Source: Gammaproteobacteria bacterium (GTDB lineage: Bacteria; Pseudomonadota; Gammaproteobacteria; Ga0077536). From it: 64,000 bases of DNA. The stretch covers positions 16,434 to 80,433 of the forward strand of contig CANFVX010000001.1 of the NCBI GenBank assembly GCA_947450495.1, in the 5' to 3' direction. Under the pieces are notes generated by a model that saw only the letters and a program-made list of their open reading frames with translations, was not told the origin of the DNA and ran no database searches. Positions within the stretch are counted from its first letter, which is position 1. The number at the start of each line of letters is the position of its first letter. Shown one piece after another: positions 22,228-31,898 of this stretch. The translations under genes were made by a program, and so were the position numbers.

Positions 22228-22965
22228 TCAGGAAGCCTCGCCAGAGGAAGAGTAGCGGGAGCGCCGGACCCAATAGGCCAGCAGTAGGGGAACGCACGCG
22301 GCCATTGTGAACCACTGCACAGCGTAAGCCTGATGCTTTCCATCGTCGGCGACGGGCAGAGTCCAGTGACGGTCGTAGCCAGACTCGATTCCGTCATCGA
22401 GCAGGACAATAAAGGGCTCCAGATTGACGGATAAAGCCTCGGAAAGCGCCGGGAAATCAATGGACTGCGTTCGCCAAATGCCCGAGGGACCGGGTTCGAT
22501 GAGCACGGCGTTGCTGAGGTGGATACCGGTGCTCGGTGAGGGGGCAAGCCGCCCGCTCAGAGTTGCAGCGGTCGAGGGCACAACGACGGTGGGCCAGTCG
22601 CTACGCAAGTCCGGCGCTTTCAGCCAGCCGCGATCTACCAGCACGACGCGACCGTCGACCAGCTGAAATGGGCTGAGCACTTCGTATCCGACAATGCCAT
22701 CCCGGACTCTGTTATCAAGCAACAGGGACTTTGCGACAAATTGGCCGGTAACGGTCACCGGCCGCCATAATTGCGCCGTGAGTTCTGCCGATGGAGTGGT
22801 CCCAACAGGCAATGCTGAGGCATGAGCAACGGCGGAGTACTGGCCATACAGAAAGCGCTTTTGCTGGGCGCGATCCAGTTGCCAAAACCCGAGCCGAATC
22901 AGCACCGCGACCAGAAGCACGCCTAGCGAGAAGGTCGCCCATAGGCCACCGCGTTTAAGGGACAT
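22228..22965 (-). CDS. SURF1-family protein
   Basis: LGFWQLDRA, LLDNR, LVDRGW, HQAYAVQWF. Confidence 0.92.
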   Translation of the reverse strand: MSLKRGGLWATFSLGVLLVAVLIRLGFWQLDRAQQKRFLYGQYSAVAHASALPVGTTPSAELTAQLWRPVTVTGQFVAKSLLLDNRVRDGIVGYEVLSPFQLVDGRVVLVDRGWLKAPDLRSDWPTVVVPSTAATLSGRLAPSPSTGIHLSNAVLIEPGPSGIWRTQSIDFPALSEALSVNLEPFIVLLDDGIESGYDRHWTLPVADDGKHQAYAVQWFTMAACVPLLLAYWVRRSRYSSSGEAS

Positions 22966-23044
22966 GATCGCGCTCGCTTTGCCGAGCGGGCGGCGGGCGA
23001 TTACAGTGCAAGGGTGTTTTGATTCCCAAGGTAGTTGTATTCAT

Positions 23045-23254
23045 ATGGAAGGGCACCCGTACATACGCTTTTTCGTTATCGCCATGCTGGTCACTATCAT
23101 CGTGACCTTGGGCAGCGCATTCGTGAGTTTGTTCCGCAGTAAAGGCTCAGGCACTGGCACCGTGAAGGCGCTGACGGTGCGGGTCGGTCTGTCTATTACG
23201 TTGTTTATCGTGCTTATGGTTCTTGCCGGATTGGGGATCATCAAACCCCATTAA
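23045..23254 (+). CDS. Small twin-transmembrane protein (DUF2909-like)
   Basis: LGSAF...KALTVRVGLS...GIIKPH; usual position opposite cox3/SURF1. Confidence 0.85.
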   Translation: MEGHPYIRFFVIAMLVTIIVTLGSAFVSLFRSKGSGTGTVKALTVRVGLSITLFIVLMVLAGLGIIKPH

Positions 23255-23286
23255 AAAGCGAAGGCAGTTTTAAGATAGAGATAAAT

Positions 23287-23313
23287 AAAAAAGGGCGCTC
23301 ACACGAGCGCCCT
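23287..23313 (-). terminator. Rho-independent terminator of the cox structural operon
   Basis: Minus strand AGGGCGCTC-GTGT-GAGCGCCCT-TTTTT just after the cox3 stop. Confidence 0.85.
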
Positions 23314-23340
23314 CTTGGTATGGCCGGTCAGAATCTGGGC

Positions 23341-24216
23341 TTAGAGCCAGTAGACGAAGATAAACAAGCCGATCCAGACCACATCGACAAAGTGCCAGTA
23401 CCACGCCACGGCCTCGAAGGCGAAATGGTGTTCTTCGGTGAAATGGCCGCGCATGGCGCGGAACAGAATTACCGCCAACATGATCGTGCCCAAGGTAACG
23501 TGGAAGCCGTGGAAGCCCGTCAGCAGGAAGAACGTCGCGCCATAAATGCCAGAGTTGAGCGTGAGGCCAAGCTCGGTATACGCATGGTGATACTCGCCAG
23601 CCTGAAGGTAGACGAACAGGGCGCCCAACGCGACGGTAAAAGCCAGACCAACGATAAGGTGAGCGCGCTTGTTCACCTTCAAACCCCAGTGTGCCCAGGT
23701 GACCGTACCACCCGATGTCAACAAAATCGCGGTGTTCAGCGCCGGCAATCCCCAGGCAGGAATAACGTCTTTAGCGAGGGTGAAGCCGTAATCACGGGGC
23801 AGCGTCAGCAATGGCCAGTCGGCCAGGAAGTGCGGCCACAGGAATTCATGGGTGGCAGCCTTGGCGCCGGCGCCAGACAACCACTCAACGGACAGGACCC
23901 GGGAGTAAAACAGGGCGCCGAAAAAAGCGGCGAAGAACATGACTTCGGAGAAGATGAACCACATCATTCCCATGCGGAAACTGACGTCCTCCCAGTGTCC
24001 GTAACGCCCCCCTTCGCTCTCGCGAATGACGTCACCAAACCACCCGAAAAGCATCGCAAACAAGGACAGAAAACCCACGCCGAGCGTGATGGGCCCGATT
24101 GAGTGGTGGTTCAGCGTCAGCGCACCACCATAGAAAATCACAAAAATGGAAATGGTCGTAAGGATTGGCCAGCGGCTGGCATCCGGGACGTAATAGTGGG
24201 CGTGTGCTGTAGCCAT
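23341..24216 (-). CDS. coxC: Cytochrome c oxidase subunit III
   Basis: WFIFSEVMFF, NTAILLTSG, TGFHGFHV, WYWHFVDVVW. Confidence 0.96.
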   Translation of the reverse strand: MATAHAHYYVPDASRWPILTTISIFVIFYGGALTLNHHSIGPITLGVGFLSLFAMLFGWFGDVIRESEGGRYGHWEDVSFRMGMMWFIFSEVMFFAAFFGALFYSRVLSVEWLSGAGAKAATHEFLWPHFLADWPLLTLPRDYGFTLAKDVIPAWGLPALNTAILLTSGGTVTWAHWGLKVNKRAHLIVGLAFTVALGALFVYLQAGEYHHAYTELGLTLNSGIYGATFFLLTGFHGFHVTLGTIMLAVILFRAMRGHFTEEHHFAFEAVAWYWHFVDVVWIGLFIFVYWL

Positions 24217-24268
24217 TGCGGTTCTCTCAATCAAGTTTAATTGCTTAACTTTCCTATTGCGCCCGATC

Positions 24269-24853
24269 TTAGGTGTTCGGTGCGCTCCCTTTCACGGCAG
24301 CCTGCGGCTCAGGGGCCGGCGGCGCTTCAAAAAACGTGTACGACAGCGTAACCCGGTCAACATCTGCCGGGATTTTGGGATCGATGATAAAACGCACCGG
24401 GACCGTTTTCTGTTCACCAGCCGCCAGCGGTTGCCGCGCGAAGCAGAAGCACTCGGTCTTGCTGAAATAACGCGCCGCCGTTTGCGGCGCCAGGCTTGGT
24501 ATCGCCTGACCAACGATTCCGTAGTTTGCCCGGTTGCCCATCTCGAAAGCGACCGAGGTCAACACACCAGGATGGACCACGACCTTGTCCTGCAAGGGCC
24601 GGAAATTCCATGGCAGGCCTGCGTTCACGTTGGTCACAAACTCGACCGTGATTTCACGGGCCTTATCCGGCACCAGAGTGGCCGCTTGCACCTGACTCAA
24701 GCGGCCGGTTTTACCATTGATGCCCGTGACCTCGCAGAACACGTTATACAGGGGCACCAATGCATATCCAAACCCGAACATCATTGCCGTTAACACCAGC
24801 AGTTGCCCGACAAGCTTGCGATTAGCCGTTCTTTGGACGCTGGTGCTGGCCAC
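24269..24853 (-). CDS. ctaG: Cytochrome c oxidase copper chaperone CtaG/Cox11
   Basis: VPLYNVFCEVTG, KTECFCF, TLSYTFF. Confidence 0.95.
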   Translation of the reverse strand: MASTSVQRTANRKLVGQLLVLTAMMFGFGYALVPLYNVFCEVTGINGKTGRLSQVQAATLVPDKAREITVEFVTNVNAGLPWNFRPLQDKVVVHPGVLTSVAFEMGNRANYGIVGQAIPSLAPQTAARYFSKTECFCFARQPLAAGEQKTVPVRFIIDPKIPADVDRVTLSYTFFEAPPAPEPQAAVKGSAPNT

Positions 24854-24856
24854 GCG

Positions 24857-24979
24857 TTAGGTCCTGGTCAAGAAAAATGCGATGTAAAAGCCGAGGGCGA
24901 CCACCGCGAGAAGTAGCGCCGTTTTCACGGCGCTACGCTGTTGGGAACCCCGCGGGGGCAGGCTTGCTTGCTTTGACAT
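24857..24979 (-). CDS. 40-aa single-TM protein, putative small cytochrome oxidase assembly factor
   Basis: Manual translation MSKQASLPPRGSQQRSAVKTALLLAVVALGFYIAFFLTRT; fills the coxA-ctaG gap (14 nt and 3 nt spacers). Confidence 0.75.
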   Translation of the reverse strand: MSKQASLPPRGSQQRSAVKTALLLAVVALGFYIAFFLTRT

Positions 24980-24993
24980 TGGGGCGCTACCGG

Positions 24994-26592
24994 TTAGCGC
25001 ATGCCCCCTTCAATGCTGGCAGCCGGCGGCGGCTCGGAGAAGGTGTGATAGGGCGCCGGTGACGGGAGCGTCCACTCCAGACCGTGCGCGCCTTCCCAGA
25101 CCTGAGCCGTTGCTTTTTCACCGCCGCGAATGCACTTCACGATGCCAATGACGAAAAGCAGCTGTGAGGCGCCGAACACGAAGCCGCCGATACTCGACAC
25201 CATATTCCAGTCGGCAAACTGAACCGCGTAGTCGGGGATACGACGGGGCATGCCGGCCAAGCCAAGGAAGTGCTGCGGGAAGAACAGCACATTGACCGAA
25301 ATAGTCGACAACCAGAAGTGCAGCTTGCCGAGCTTCTCGTCATACATATGCCCGGTCATCTTCGGCAACCAGAAGTAAGTTCCGGCAATCAAGGAATAGA
25401 TGGCGCCGGTCACGAGCACGTAGTGGAAGTGGGCCACCACGAAATAGGTGTCGTGATACTGGAAATCCACCGGGGTCACGCCAAGCATCAGCCCGGAGAA
25501 CCCGCCGATCGTAAACAGAACCACGAAGGCGATAGCGAAGAGCATCGGGGTTTCGAAGGTCATGGAGCCCTGCCACATGGTGGCAACCCAGTTGAACACT
25601 TTCACGCCCGTTGGTACCGCGATTAGCACCGTCGCATACATGAAGAACAATTCGCCGGCGAGCGGCATGCCGACGGTAAACATGTGGTGGGCCCAGACAA
25701 TAAACGAGAGGAACGCGATTGCAGCGGCGGCGTACACCATCGAGCTGTAGCCGAACAACGGCTTGCGCGCGAAAGTCGGGATGATGGCCGACGCAATGCC
25801 GAACGCGGGCAGGATCAGAATGTAGACCTCGGGGTGCCCGAAGAACCAGAAGATGTGCTGGAACATCACCGGGTCGCCGCCGCCGGCAGCGCTAAAGAAA
25901 GAAGTGCCGAAGAATTTGTCGGTTAGCAACATCGTGACCGCGCCGGCGAGTACCGGAATGGAGGCGATGAGCAAGAACGCGGTGATGATCCAGGTCCACA
26001 CGAACAGCGGCAGCTTCATGAGCGTCATGCCAGGCGCGCGCATGTTGAAGACGGTGGCGATGATGTTGATGGCGCCGGCGATGGACGAGGCGCCCATGAA
26101 ATGCACGGCGAAGATGAGGAACGGGAACGCTTCACCCGTCTGCAGGACCAGTGGCGGGTACATGGTCCATCCGCCGGCCGGCGCGCCGCCAGGCATAAAG
26201 AGCGTGCCGAGCAGCAACGAGAAGGCGAAGGGCAGGATCCAGAAGCTCCAGTTGTTCAGACGTGGCAACGCCATATCAGGAGCGCCGATCATCAGGGGCA
26301 CCAGCCAATTGGCGAAGCCCGTCCATGCAGGCATGACCGCGCCGAAGATCATCACCAGCGCGTGCATGGTGGTCATGGAGTTGAAGAACTGCGGGTTCAC
26401 GAACTGGAGACCCGGCTGGAACAGTTCCAGACGGATGATCATCGCCATCGAACCGCCGATGAAGAACATGATCAGCGAGAAGATGAGGTACATCGTACCG
26501 ATGTCTTTATGGTTCGTCGTTGTCAACCAACGCATCATGCCGGTGGCATGATGTTCGTGGTGGGCATCGTGGTGGGCTGCTGCCTCGCTCAT
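24994..26592 (-). CDS. coxA: Cytochrome c oxidase subunit I (A1 type)
   Basis: TTNHKDIG, PDMALPRLNN, GHPEVY, WAHH, VAHFH. Confidence 0.98.
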   Translation of the reverse strand: MSEAAAHHDAHHEHHATGMMRWLTTTNHKDIGTMYLIFSLIMFFIGGSMAMIIRLELFQPGLQFVNPQFFNSMTTMHALVMIFGAVMPAWTGFANWLVPLMIGAPDMALPRLNNWSFWILPFAFSLLLGTLFMPGGAPAGGWTMYPPLVLQTGEAFPFLIFAVHFMGASSIAGAINIIATVFNMRAPGMTLMKLPLFVWTWIITAFLLIASIPVLAGAVTMLLTDKFFGTSFFSAAGGGDPVMFQHIFWFFGHPEVYILILPAFGIASAIIPTFARKPLFGYSSMVYAAAAIAFLSFIVWAHHMFTVGMPLAGELFFMYATVLIAVPTGVKVFNWVATMWQGSMTFETPMLFAIAFVVLFTIGGFSGLMLGVTPVDFQYHDTYFVVAHFHYVLVTGAIYSLIAGTYFWLPKMTGHMYDEKLGKLHFWLSTISVNVLFFPQHFLGLAGMPRRIPDYAVQFADWNMVSSIGGFVFGASQLLFVIGIVKCIRGGEKATAQVWEGAHGLEWTLPSPAPYHTFSEPPPAASIEGGMR

Positions 26593-26646
26593 GAGTTAAT
26601 CCTCAAACAGTGATTTCAGAGTTGTTCGGTCTGCTTGGCGTCAGCG

Positions 26647-27510
26647 CTACTGCGCTGTCGCGACAGATACGCCTGGCGCCGAAGCGCTGTCGGCGGTCTT
26701 CGGGGCTTGCTCAGCTTTCGTCTTTTCTAACCATGCTTTGTACTCGGCTTCCGGCAGCGCGCGGACGACGATCGGCATAAAGCCATGGTCCTTGCCGCAC
26801 AGCTCTGCACATTGGCCTCGATAGACGCCTGGTTCTTTGATCAGCGCCCAGGATTCGTTGATGTATCCCGGAATGGCGTCGCGTTTCCAGCCCAGCGCCG
26901 GCACCCACCAGGCATGAATGACGTCAGAAGCCGTGGTCAGGAAGCGAATTTTACGGCCCACCGGCAACACCAGTTCGCGGTCCACTTCAAGCAGATAATT
27001 ATCGACCGTTTTAGGGTCAATGCCGGAATTGAGTTGGCGGGCAACGTCGCTCGTACGGGCCAGACCGCTATAGAGGAACACGCCTTCATTGATGTAGTCG
27101 TAGCGCCAGCGCCACTGATAGCCCGTGACCTTGATGGTCATATCGGAGTGCGCGACGTCTTCCATCATGACCAACGCCTTGGTCGCAGGAATCGCCATCA
27201 CGACCAGAATCACGGCCGGCACAGCAGTCCAAAGGAACTCTACAAGCGTGTTCTCATGCCACTGCGCGGCCACCGCACCTTTGGATTTACGGAACTTGAG
27301 GATGGAGTAGAAGATGGCACCAAACACACCGATGCCGGTGATTACGCAGACCCACAAGATCAGCATATGAAGTTGGTAGACTTCTTCGCTGTAAGGGGTC
27401 ACGCCGCGGGTGAGATTGAGTTTGTCCCAATCTGCGCTTGCAACGAGTGGCGCCATAGCTAGTACAGCTGCCATACGGCGGGCACCGCGTCGGATTGCTG
27501 AGGTTGTCAT
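26647..27510 (-). CDS. coxB: Cytochrome c oxidase subunit II (no fused cytochrome c)
   Basis: DVIHAW and CAELCGKDHGFM CuA ligands; GAGGA upstream of ATG 27510; no CxxCH. Confidence 0.96.
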   Translation of the reverse strand: MTTSAIRRGARRMAAVLAMAPLVASADWDKLNLTRGVTPYSEEVYQLHMLILWVCVITGIGVFGAIFYSILKFRKSKGAVAAQWHENTLVEFLWTAVPAVILVVMAIPATKALVMMEDVAHSDMTIKVTGYQWRWRYDYINEGVFLYSGLARTSDVARQLNSGIDPKTVDNYLLEVDRELVLPVGRKIRFLTTASDVIHAWWVPALGWKRDAIPGYINESWALIKEPGVYRGQCAELCGKDHGFMPIVVRALPEAEYKAWLEKTKAEQAPKTADSASAPGVSVATAQ

Positions 27511-27615
27511 TAATCGTTTCCTCATCTTCTAAATGAATTCTTACAGGATCTGGGCTTCGGGCTTGCCCGGTCACTTACGGTGTAGGAGGGGTTATCCCAC
27601 GCTTGCCGATGCATT

Positions 27616-28095
27616 CTAACGACTTTTCTTAAGAGCGTTAATCAGGGCTTTCGCCAATGTCTTGCGCTCGCCATCGGTCAGGAAGCTGCCGAGCTCCGTG
27701 TAGCGCCCGTGGGAGCGTAAGAAAAGGCTGCTATGGCTCCACCTTCCGCGCTGTTCGAGTTCGACCCTCACCCAAGCGGGGTCGAATTCCTCACGCTGGG
27801 TCGGCTCATGGCGACCGCGCTCGATCACCAGAGCCCGCGTTGAGAGATCGATCACTTCTCGCCATTGGCCCTGCCATTGGACGTAGTAAAAGGCGGCCCA
27901 CAGCAGGGCGATCTCAAGGCCAGCAAACGGGAGGACGAAGGGTGCACCGAACCAGAGGAACAGGCCGCCACTGGCAAGCGGGATGAGAGAGATGAGACAC
28001 AGCCAGCGTTTGGCTTCCTGCCATGTGAGCGAGCGCGTGGGGCGAACCACCCAGACTGTATGGTCGTAGGCCTCGTGCTGCAGGGTCTCTAGCAT
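27616..28095 (-). CDS. DUF2244-like membrane protein
   Basis: RPTRSL, GA..VLPFAGLE, WVRVE, SHGR..ELGSFL...ER..LA. Confidence 0.8.
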   Translation of the reverse strand: MLETLQHEAYDHTVWVVRPTRSLTWQEAKRWLCLISLIPLASGGLFLWFGAPFVLPFAGLEIALLWAAFYYVQWQGQWREVIDLSTRALVIERGRHEPTQREEFDPAWVRVELEQRGRWSHSSLFLRSHGRYTELGSFLTDGERKTLAKALINALKKSR

Positions 28096-28113
28096 GACCT
28101 GACTCCGGATAGC

Positions 28114-28806
28114 TTAGGCGTTCCGCGGCCGCGACAGCGTGGCTGTCGCATCGGCCAAGGCGTTGTACGTCGCCCGGTTAGCTTCCTCAGGCCCCCATGT
28201 GAGACGCCCGAGCAAAGGTGCCGGGATTCTGGGCAGAAGAGAGTCGATGGTTTGCTCGGCATACGCATACGTGGGATCTACGATGTTGGCGACCCATCCG
28301 ATCAGTTCACAGCCATCAGCCTCGATGGCGCGAGCGGTTAACAGGCTGTGATTGAGGCCGCCCAATCGAATTCCAGCAACCATGACAACGGGGAGACGCA
28401 GATGGCGGACCAGATCAGCCTGCATTTGCTCCGGATTAATGGGGAGACACCAGCCACCCACGCCTTCGACGATAACGATGTCGGCGGCAAGCTTGGCACG
28501 CTCGAAAGCGTGCTCGATAACGGAGAGTTCTACCTTCCGGCCCTCTAGCGCAGCAGCGAGATGAGGCGCGGTGGGGGCTTCGAAGGCGTAAGGATTAGCG
28601 ATAGCAGGGTCCAGTTGGACGGACGCACTGGCTCGATGCCGATAGACGTCTTCGTTGATGCGTTCAGTCCCATAAGATTCAAAACCTGCGGCGATGGGTT
28701 TCAGCGCCGCGATCCCGATACCGAGATTCGACAGCGCCTTCAGCAGGGCGCAGGTGACATAGGTTTTGCCTGCCCCGGTGTCAGTGGCCGTGATAAAGCA
28801 GTCCAT
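28114..28806 (-). CDS. bioD: Dethiobiotin synthase
   Basis: FITATDTGAGKT, KPIAAG, VEGVGG, RLGGLNH. Confidence 0.95.
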   Translation of the reverse strand: MDCFITATDTGAGKTYVTCALLKALSNLGIGIAALKPIAAGFESYGTERINEDVYRHRASASVQLDPAIANPYAFEAPTAPHLAAALEGRKVELSVIEHAFERAKLAADIVIVEGVGGWCLPINPEQMQADLVRHLRLPVVMVAGIRLGGLNHSLLTARAIEADGCELIGWVANIVDPTYAYAEQTIDSLLPRIPAPLLGRLTWGPEEANRATYNALADATATLSRPRNA

Positions 28807-28807
28807 C

Positions 28808-29662
28808 TCACGAACGTCTCGTTAGGCGACTGATCGGGAAGACACTAGTGCCATCTTGCGGGCGGGCTTGCGGGGCAACCCAACCATGCCCAAAAACCAG
28901 CTCGTAGGTTGCCGGTAAGGCCGCGCCCACTCTAAAGCGCTCGTAAGCGTGCGCGAGGTTTTTCAAGGTTTCCCGTCCGGCGAGGTGCCGCGGGCGGGCA
29001 CGGTCGCTGTTGCGCGCGCCGATACCCTGGAGGTCACGCATCAAAGTGAGGACGTCTGGATAGGTCACCGTCAGGTCTTCGCGCTCAAGCACCGGGCTAC
29101 TGAAGCCAGCCTGTATCAGCGCGTCGCCCACAATATGCATGTCGACGAAACGGTTTACGTGTGGCGCTGAGTCGATGCTGGCAAAAGCGCTTCGTAGTTC
29201 CTTCAACGTATCCGGGCCCAGGGTCGAAAACAGCAAAAGCCCTCCGGGCTTAAGCGCTCTTCGGCATTCCTTCAACACCGCGACGAGGTCCTCGCACCAC
29301 TGAAAGGTGAGGCTCGAAATAATCAGGTCGCAGCTGGCTTCGGCGACGGGCAGGCTCACGGCATCAGCGCAGGCGTATCGCTGGCGTGAGCGCCAACGAC
29401 GGTGCCGACGGGCTTCCACCAACATGCCGGGCGCGAGGTCGACCAATAAAACAGCCGCCTTTTTATAGCGCGCCTCAAGATGTCTGGCGCAGTAGCCGGT
29501 GCCTGCACCCAAGTCGACGAGCAGCTTTGGCGCGAGCTGCATAAAATCGAGGCGTTGCAGCAAGCGGTCAGCAACCTCTCGTTGCAGGGCTGCGTGAGCA
29601 TCGTAAGTGTTGGCCGCTGTGTTAAAAGCACGGCGGACAGCGGTTCTATCCAGAGCAATCAT
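28808..29662 (-). CDS. bioC: Malonyl-ACP O-methyltransferase
   Basis: AF..AA.TYD.HA.LQREVA, DLGAGTG, STLGPDTLKEL; lies in the bio operon. Confidence 0.93.
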   Translation of the reverse strand: MIALDRTAVRRAFNTAANTYDAHAALQREVADRLLQRLDFMQLAPKLLVDLGAGTGYCARHLEARYKKAAVLLVDLAPGMLVEARRHRRWRSRQRYACADAVSLPVAEASCDLIISSLTFQWCEDLVAVLKECRRALKPGGLLLFSTLGPDTLKELRSAFASIDSAPHVNRFVDMHIVGDALIQAGFSSPVLEREDLTVTYPDVLTLMRDLQGIGARNSDRARPRHLAGRETLKNLAHAYERFRVGAALPATYELVFGHGWVAPQARPQDGTSVFPISRLTRRS

Positions 29663-29665
29663 GCT

Positions 29666-30823
29666 TCAAACCTTGATGTGCTTGGGCGGGAGCAAGCGCT
29701 TGAGCGCTAATACCAAACCGGAAATTTGGTCGGCCGTGTGAGCTGCCGATAGACAAACTCTTAATCGCGAGGTGCCTTCCGGCACGGTCGGTGGCCGAAT
29801 TGCGCGGACGTAAAAGCCTGCTTCGCGAAGCGCGTTCGCCATTGCCAAGGCGAGTTCGTCGGCACCGAGTATGATGGGTTGGATAGGCGTGGAGGACTCG
29901 GTTCGCGGCAGACCGGCGGCGTCCATCGCCCGCTGAAAGTCGGCGATGTTCTGGTGCAAGCGGCGCAGAAGGCCAGAGTCTTCATCTACCAGTTGCAACG
30001 CACGGTGGGTTGCCGCCGCAATCAGGGGCGGCATCGCCGTATCGTAAATGAACGGTCGCGCCGTCTGCAGCAGTGTCTCTATCAGGTCTGATCTACCGAT
30101 TACTGCCGCGCCGGCGGTTCCCAGCGCTTTGCCGAATGTAACCACCACGAGCGGCGCTTGTTCCTGAGTTAGCCCGGCGGCGTGGACAAGGCCTCGTCCG
30201 TTGCCAACGACACCGAAGCCATGCGCGTCGTCAAAAATCGGCAGGACGTTATGGGCTTTCGCGATTGCCGCGAGCTCGGAAACAGGGGCAAGGTCGCCGT
30301 CCATGCTGAACACCGTGTCGGATAACAGCATCCGTGAATGGGCAGGGTTATTCGGGATCCTGGCCTCAAAGTCTGCCGGATCAGCGTGACGGTAGCGTAT
30401 TGAATTGGCGCCGCTCAATTTAACCGCGTCAATGAGGGAGGCGTGATTGATGCGGTCGTGCAGGATGTCCGTGTGGCGGTCTGCGAGAGCTGCGACGACG
30501 CCCAGGTTGGCCATATAGCCAGAAGAAAACAGTAAAGCTCGGTCCCGTGCCATAAATACTTGTAGGGAATTGGCGAGTTCGGCATGGGCATCAGTCCAGC
30601 CGGAGAGCAATCCGGCAGCGCCTGCGCCAACACCGTAAAGTTCGATCGCCTGACGAGCCGCATCAGTTAACCGTGGGTCATTGGCGAGCCCCAGGTAGTC
30701 ATTGCTGGAAAAGTTCACCAGCCGTTGGTCGCCCACTTGGATCAATGAACCCTGTGGGCCTCTGCGATTTTCTAATGAACGCTTCCGAGTGTCCGGGAGC
30801 GCTGCGAGCCGGCGAGAGCTCAT
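29666..30823 (-). CDS. bioF: 8-amino-7-oxononanoate synthase
   Basis: FSSNDYLGL, FSSGYMAN, NHASLID, FSMDGD, DDAHG, TFGKA, AIRPPTVP. Confidence 0.96.
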   Translation of the reverse strand: MSSRRLAALPDTRKRSLENRRGPQGSLIQVGDQRLVNFSSNDYLGLANDPRLTDAARQAIELYGVGAGAAGLLSGWTDAHAELANSLQVFMARDRALLFSSGYMANLGVVAALADRHTDILHDRINHASLIDAVKLSGANSIRYRHADPADFEARIPNNPAHSRMLLSDTVFSMDGDLAPVSELAAIAKAHNVLPIFDDAHGFGVVGNGRGLVHAAGLTQEQAPLVVVTFGKALGTAGAAVIGRSDLIETLLQTARPFIYDTAMPPLIAAATHRALQLVDEDSGLLRRLHQNIADFQRAMDAAGLPRTESSTPIQPIILGADELALAMANALREAGFYVRAIRPPTVPEGTSRLRVCLSAAHTADQISGLVLALKRLLPPKHIKV

Positions 30824-30848
30824 TGTGCGTTTATCCTGCTCTCAGGAT

Positions 30849-31847
30849 TTAAGCCTGACCTACCATGGTTTTGATGCCTAATCGTGCGAGCAAATCCTGG
30901 TCTTCGTTTTGTTGCGGGTTTGGTGTCGTGAGCAGTTGTTCCCCGTAAAAAATGGAATTGGCCCCGGCGAAAAATGCCAAGGCCTGGCCCGCTTCGCCCA
31001 GTTCCTTGCGACCCGCAGAGAGGCGCACAAAGGAGCTTGGCATCATGATGCGGGCCGCAGCGATGGTTCGGATCACGTCGAAACAATCAACAGCGGCTTC
31101 GTTAGCCAGCGGGGTGCCTTCAACCCTAACGAGCTGGTTGATGGGAACGCTCTCCGGCGGCGTCGCGAGATTCGCTAACTGACATAGGAGTCCAGCACGG
31201 TCACGGACGCTTTCGCCCAATCCCACGATGCCCCCGCAGCAGACATTGATCCCTGCGTCGCGGACCGCGTCGAGGGTATCGAGGCGATCCCGGTAGGTTC
31301 GGGTAGAAATGACGTCGCCGTAGTGTTCGGGAGAGGTGTCGAGATTATGGTTGTAGTAATCGAGGCCGGCGGATTTCAGGCTTTCGGCCTGAGAGGGTTT
31401 CAGCATCCCGAGGGTGACGCAGGTTTCCATGCCAATGCCCTTCACCGCCGCAACGAGTTCTGCGACCTGAGCGACCTCACGGTCTTTAGGGGCGCGCCAC
31501 GCTGCGCCCATGCAGAATCTTGTCGCGCCCGCAGCTTTGGCCTGAAGCGCAGAGGTCAACACGGCGTCAACGGACATTAGCGGCGTAGCGGTGACGCCGG
31601 TATCGTAGCGAGCGCTTTGGGGACAATAACCACAGTCTTCGGGGCACCCACCGCTTTTGATGTTAAGCAGTGTGCTGAGCTGGATTTCGTTCGGGTTGAA
31701 GTGAGCACGATGCGCCGCTTGCGCTTGAAAGAGCAAGTCGTTAAACGGTTGTTGAATCAGGGATACGGCGGCGTCAATGGACCATCGGGTCGTATGGTGC
31801 AACGGTGCCTCAGAAACCTGAGAAGCTGTACGGTCAAGGTCTAGCAT
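30849..31847 (-). CDS. bioB: Biotin synthase
   Basis: CPEDCGYC radical-SAM motif, [32 protein letters not shown] before ATG 31847. Confidence 0.97.
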   Translation of the reverse strand: MLDLDRTASQVSEAPLHHTTRWSIDAAVSLIQQPFNDLLFQAQAAHRAHFNPNEIQLSTLLNIKSGGCPEDCGYCPQSARYDTGVTATPLMSVDAVLTSALQAKAAGATRFCMGAAWRAPKDREVAQVAELVAAVKGIGMETCVTLGMLKPSQAESLKSAGLDYYNHNLDTSPEHYGDVISTRTYRDRLDTLDAVRDAGINVCCGGIVGLGESVRDRAGLLCQLANLATPPESVPINQLVRVEGTPLANEAAVDCFDVIRTIAAARIMMPSSFVRLSAGRKELGEAGQALAFFAGANSIFYGEQLLTTPNPQQNEDQDLLARLGIKTMVGQA

Positions 31848-31898
31848 GCGGGCTCCAGATGGCTGCAATAGTGACGTTCCGAAAGGGAGTTCGGAAAG

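Noticed and set aside
21642..22547. 301-aa version of the ORF downstream of SURF1
   Set aside because: The extra 107 aa overlap SURF1 in another frame; the ATG at 22226 fits the operon spacing.
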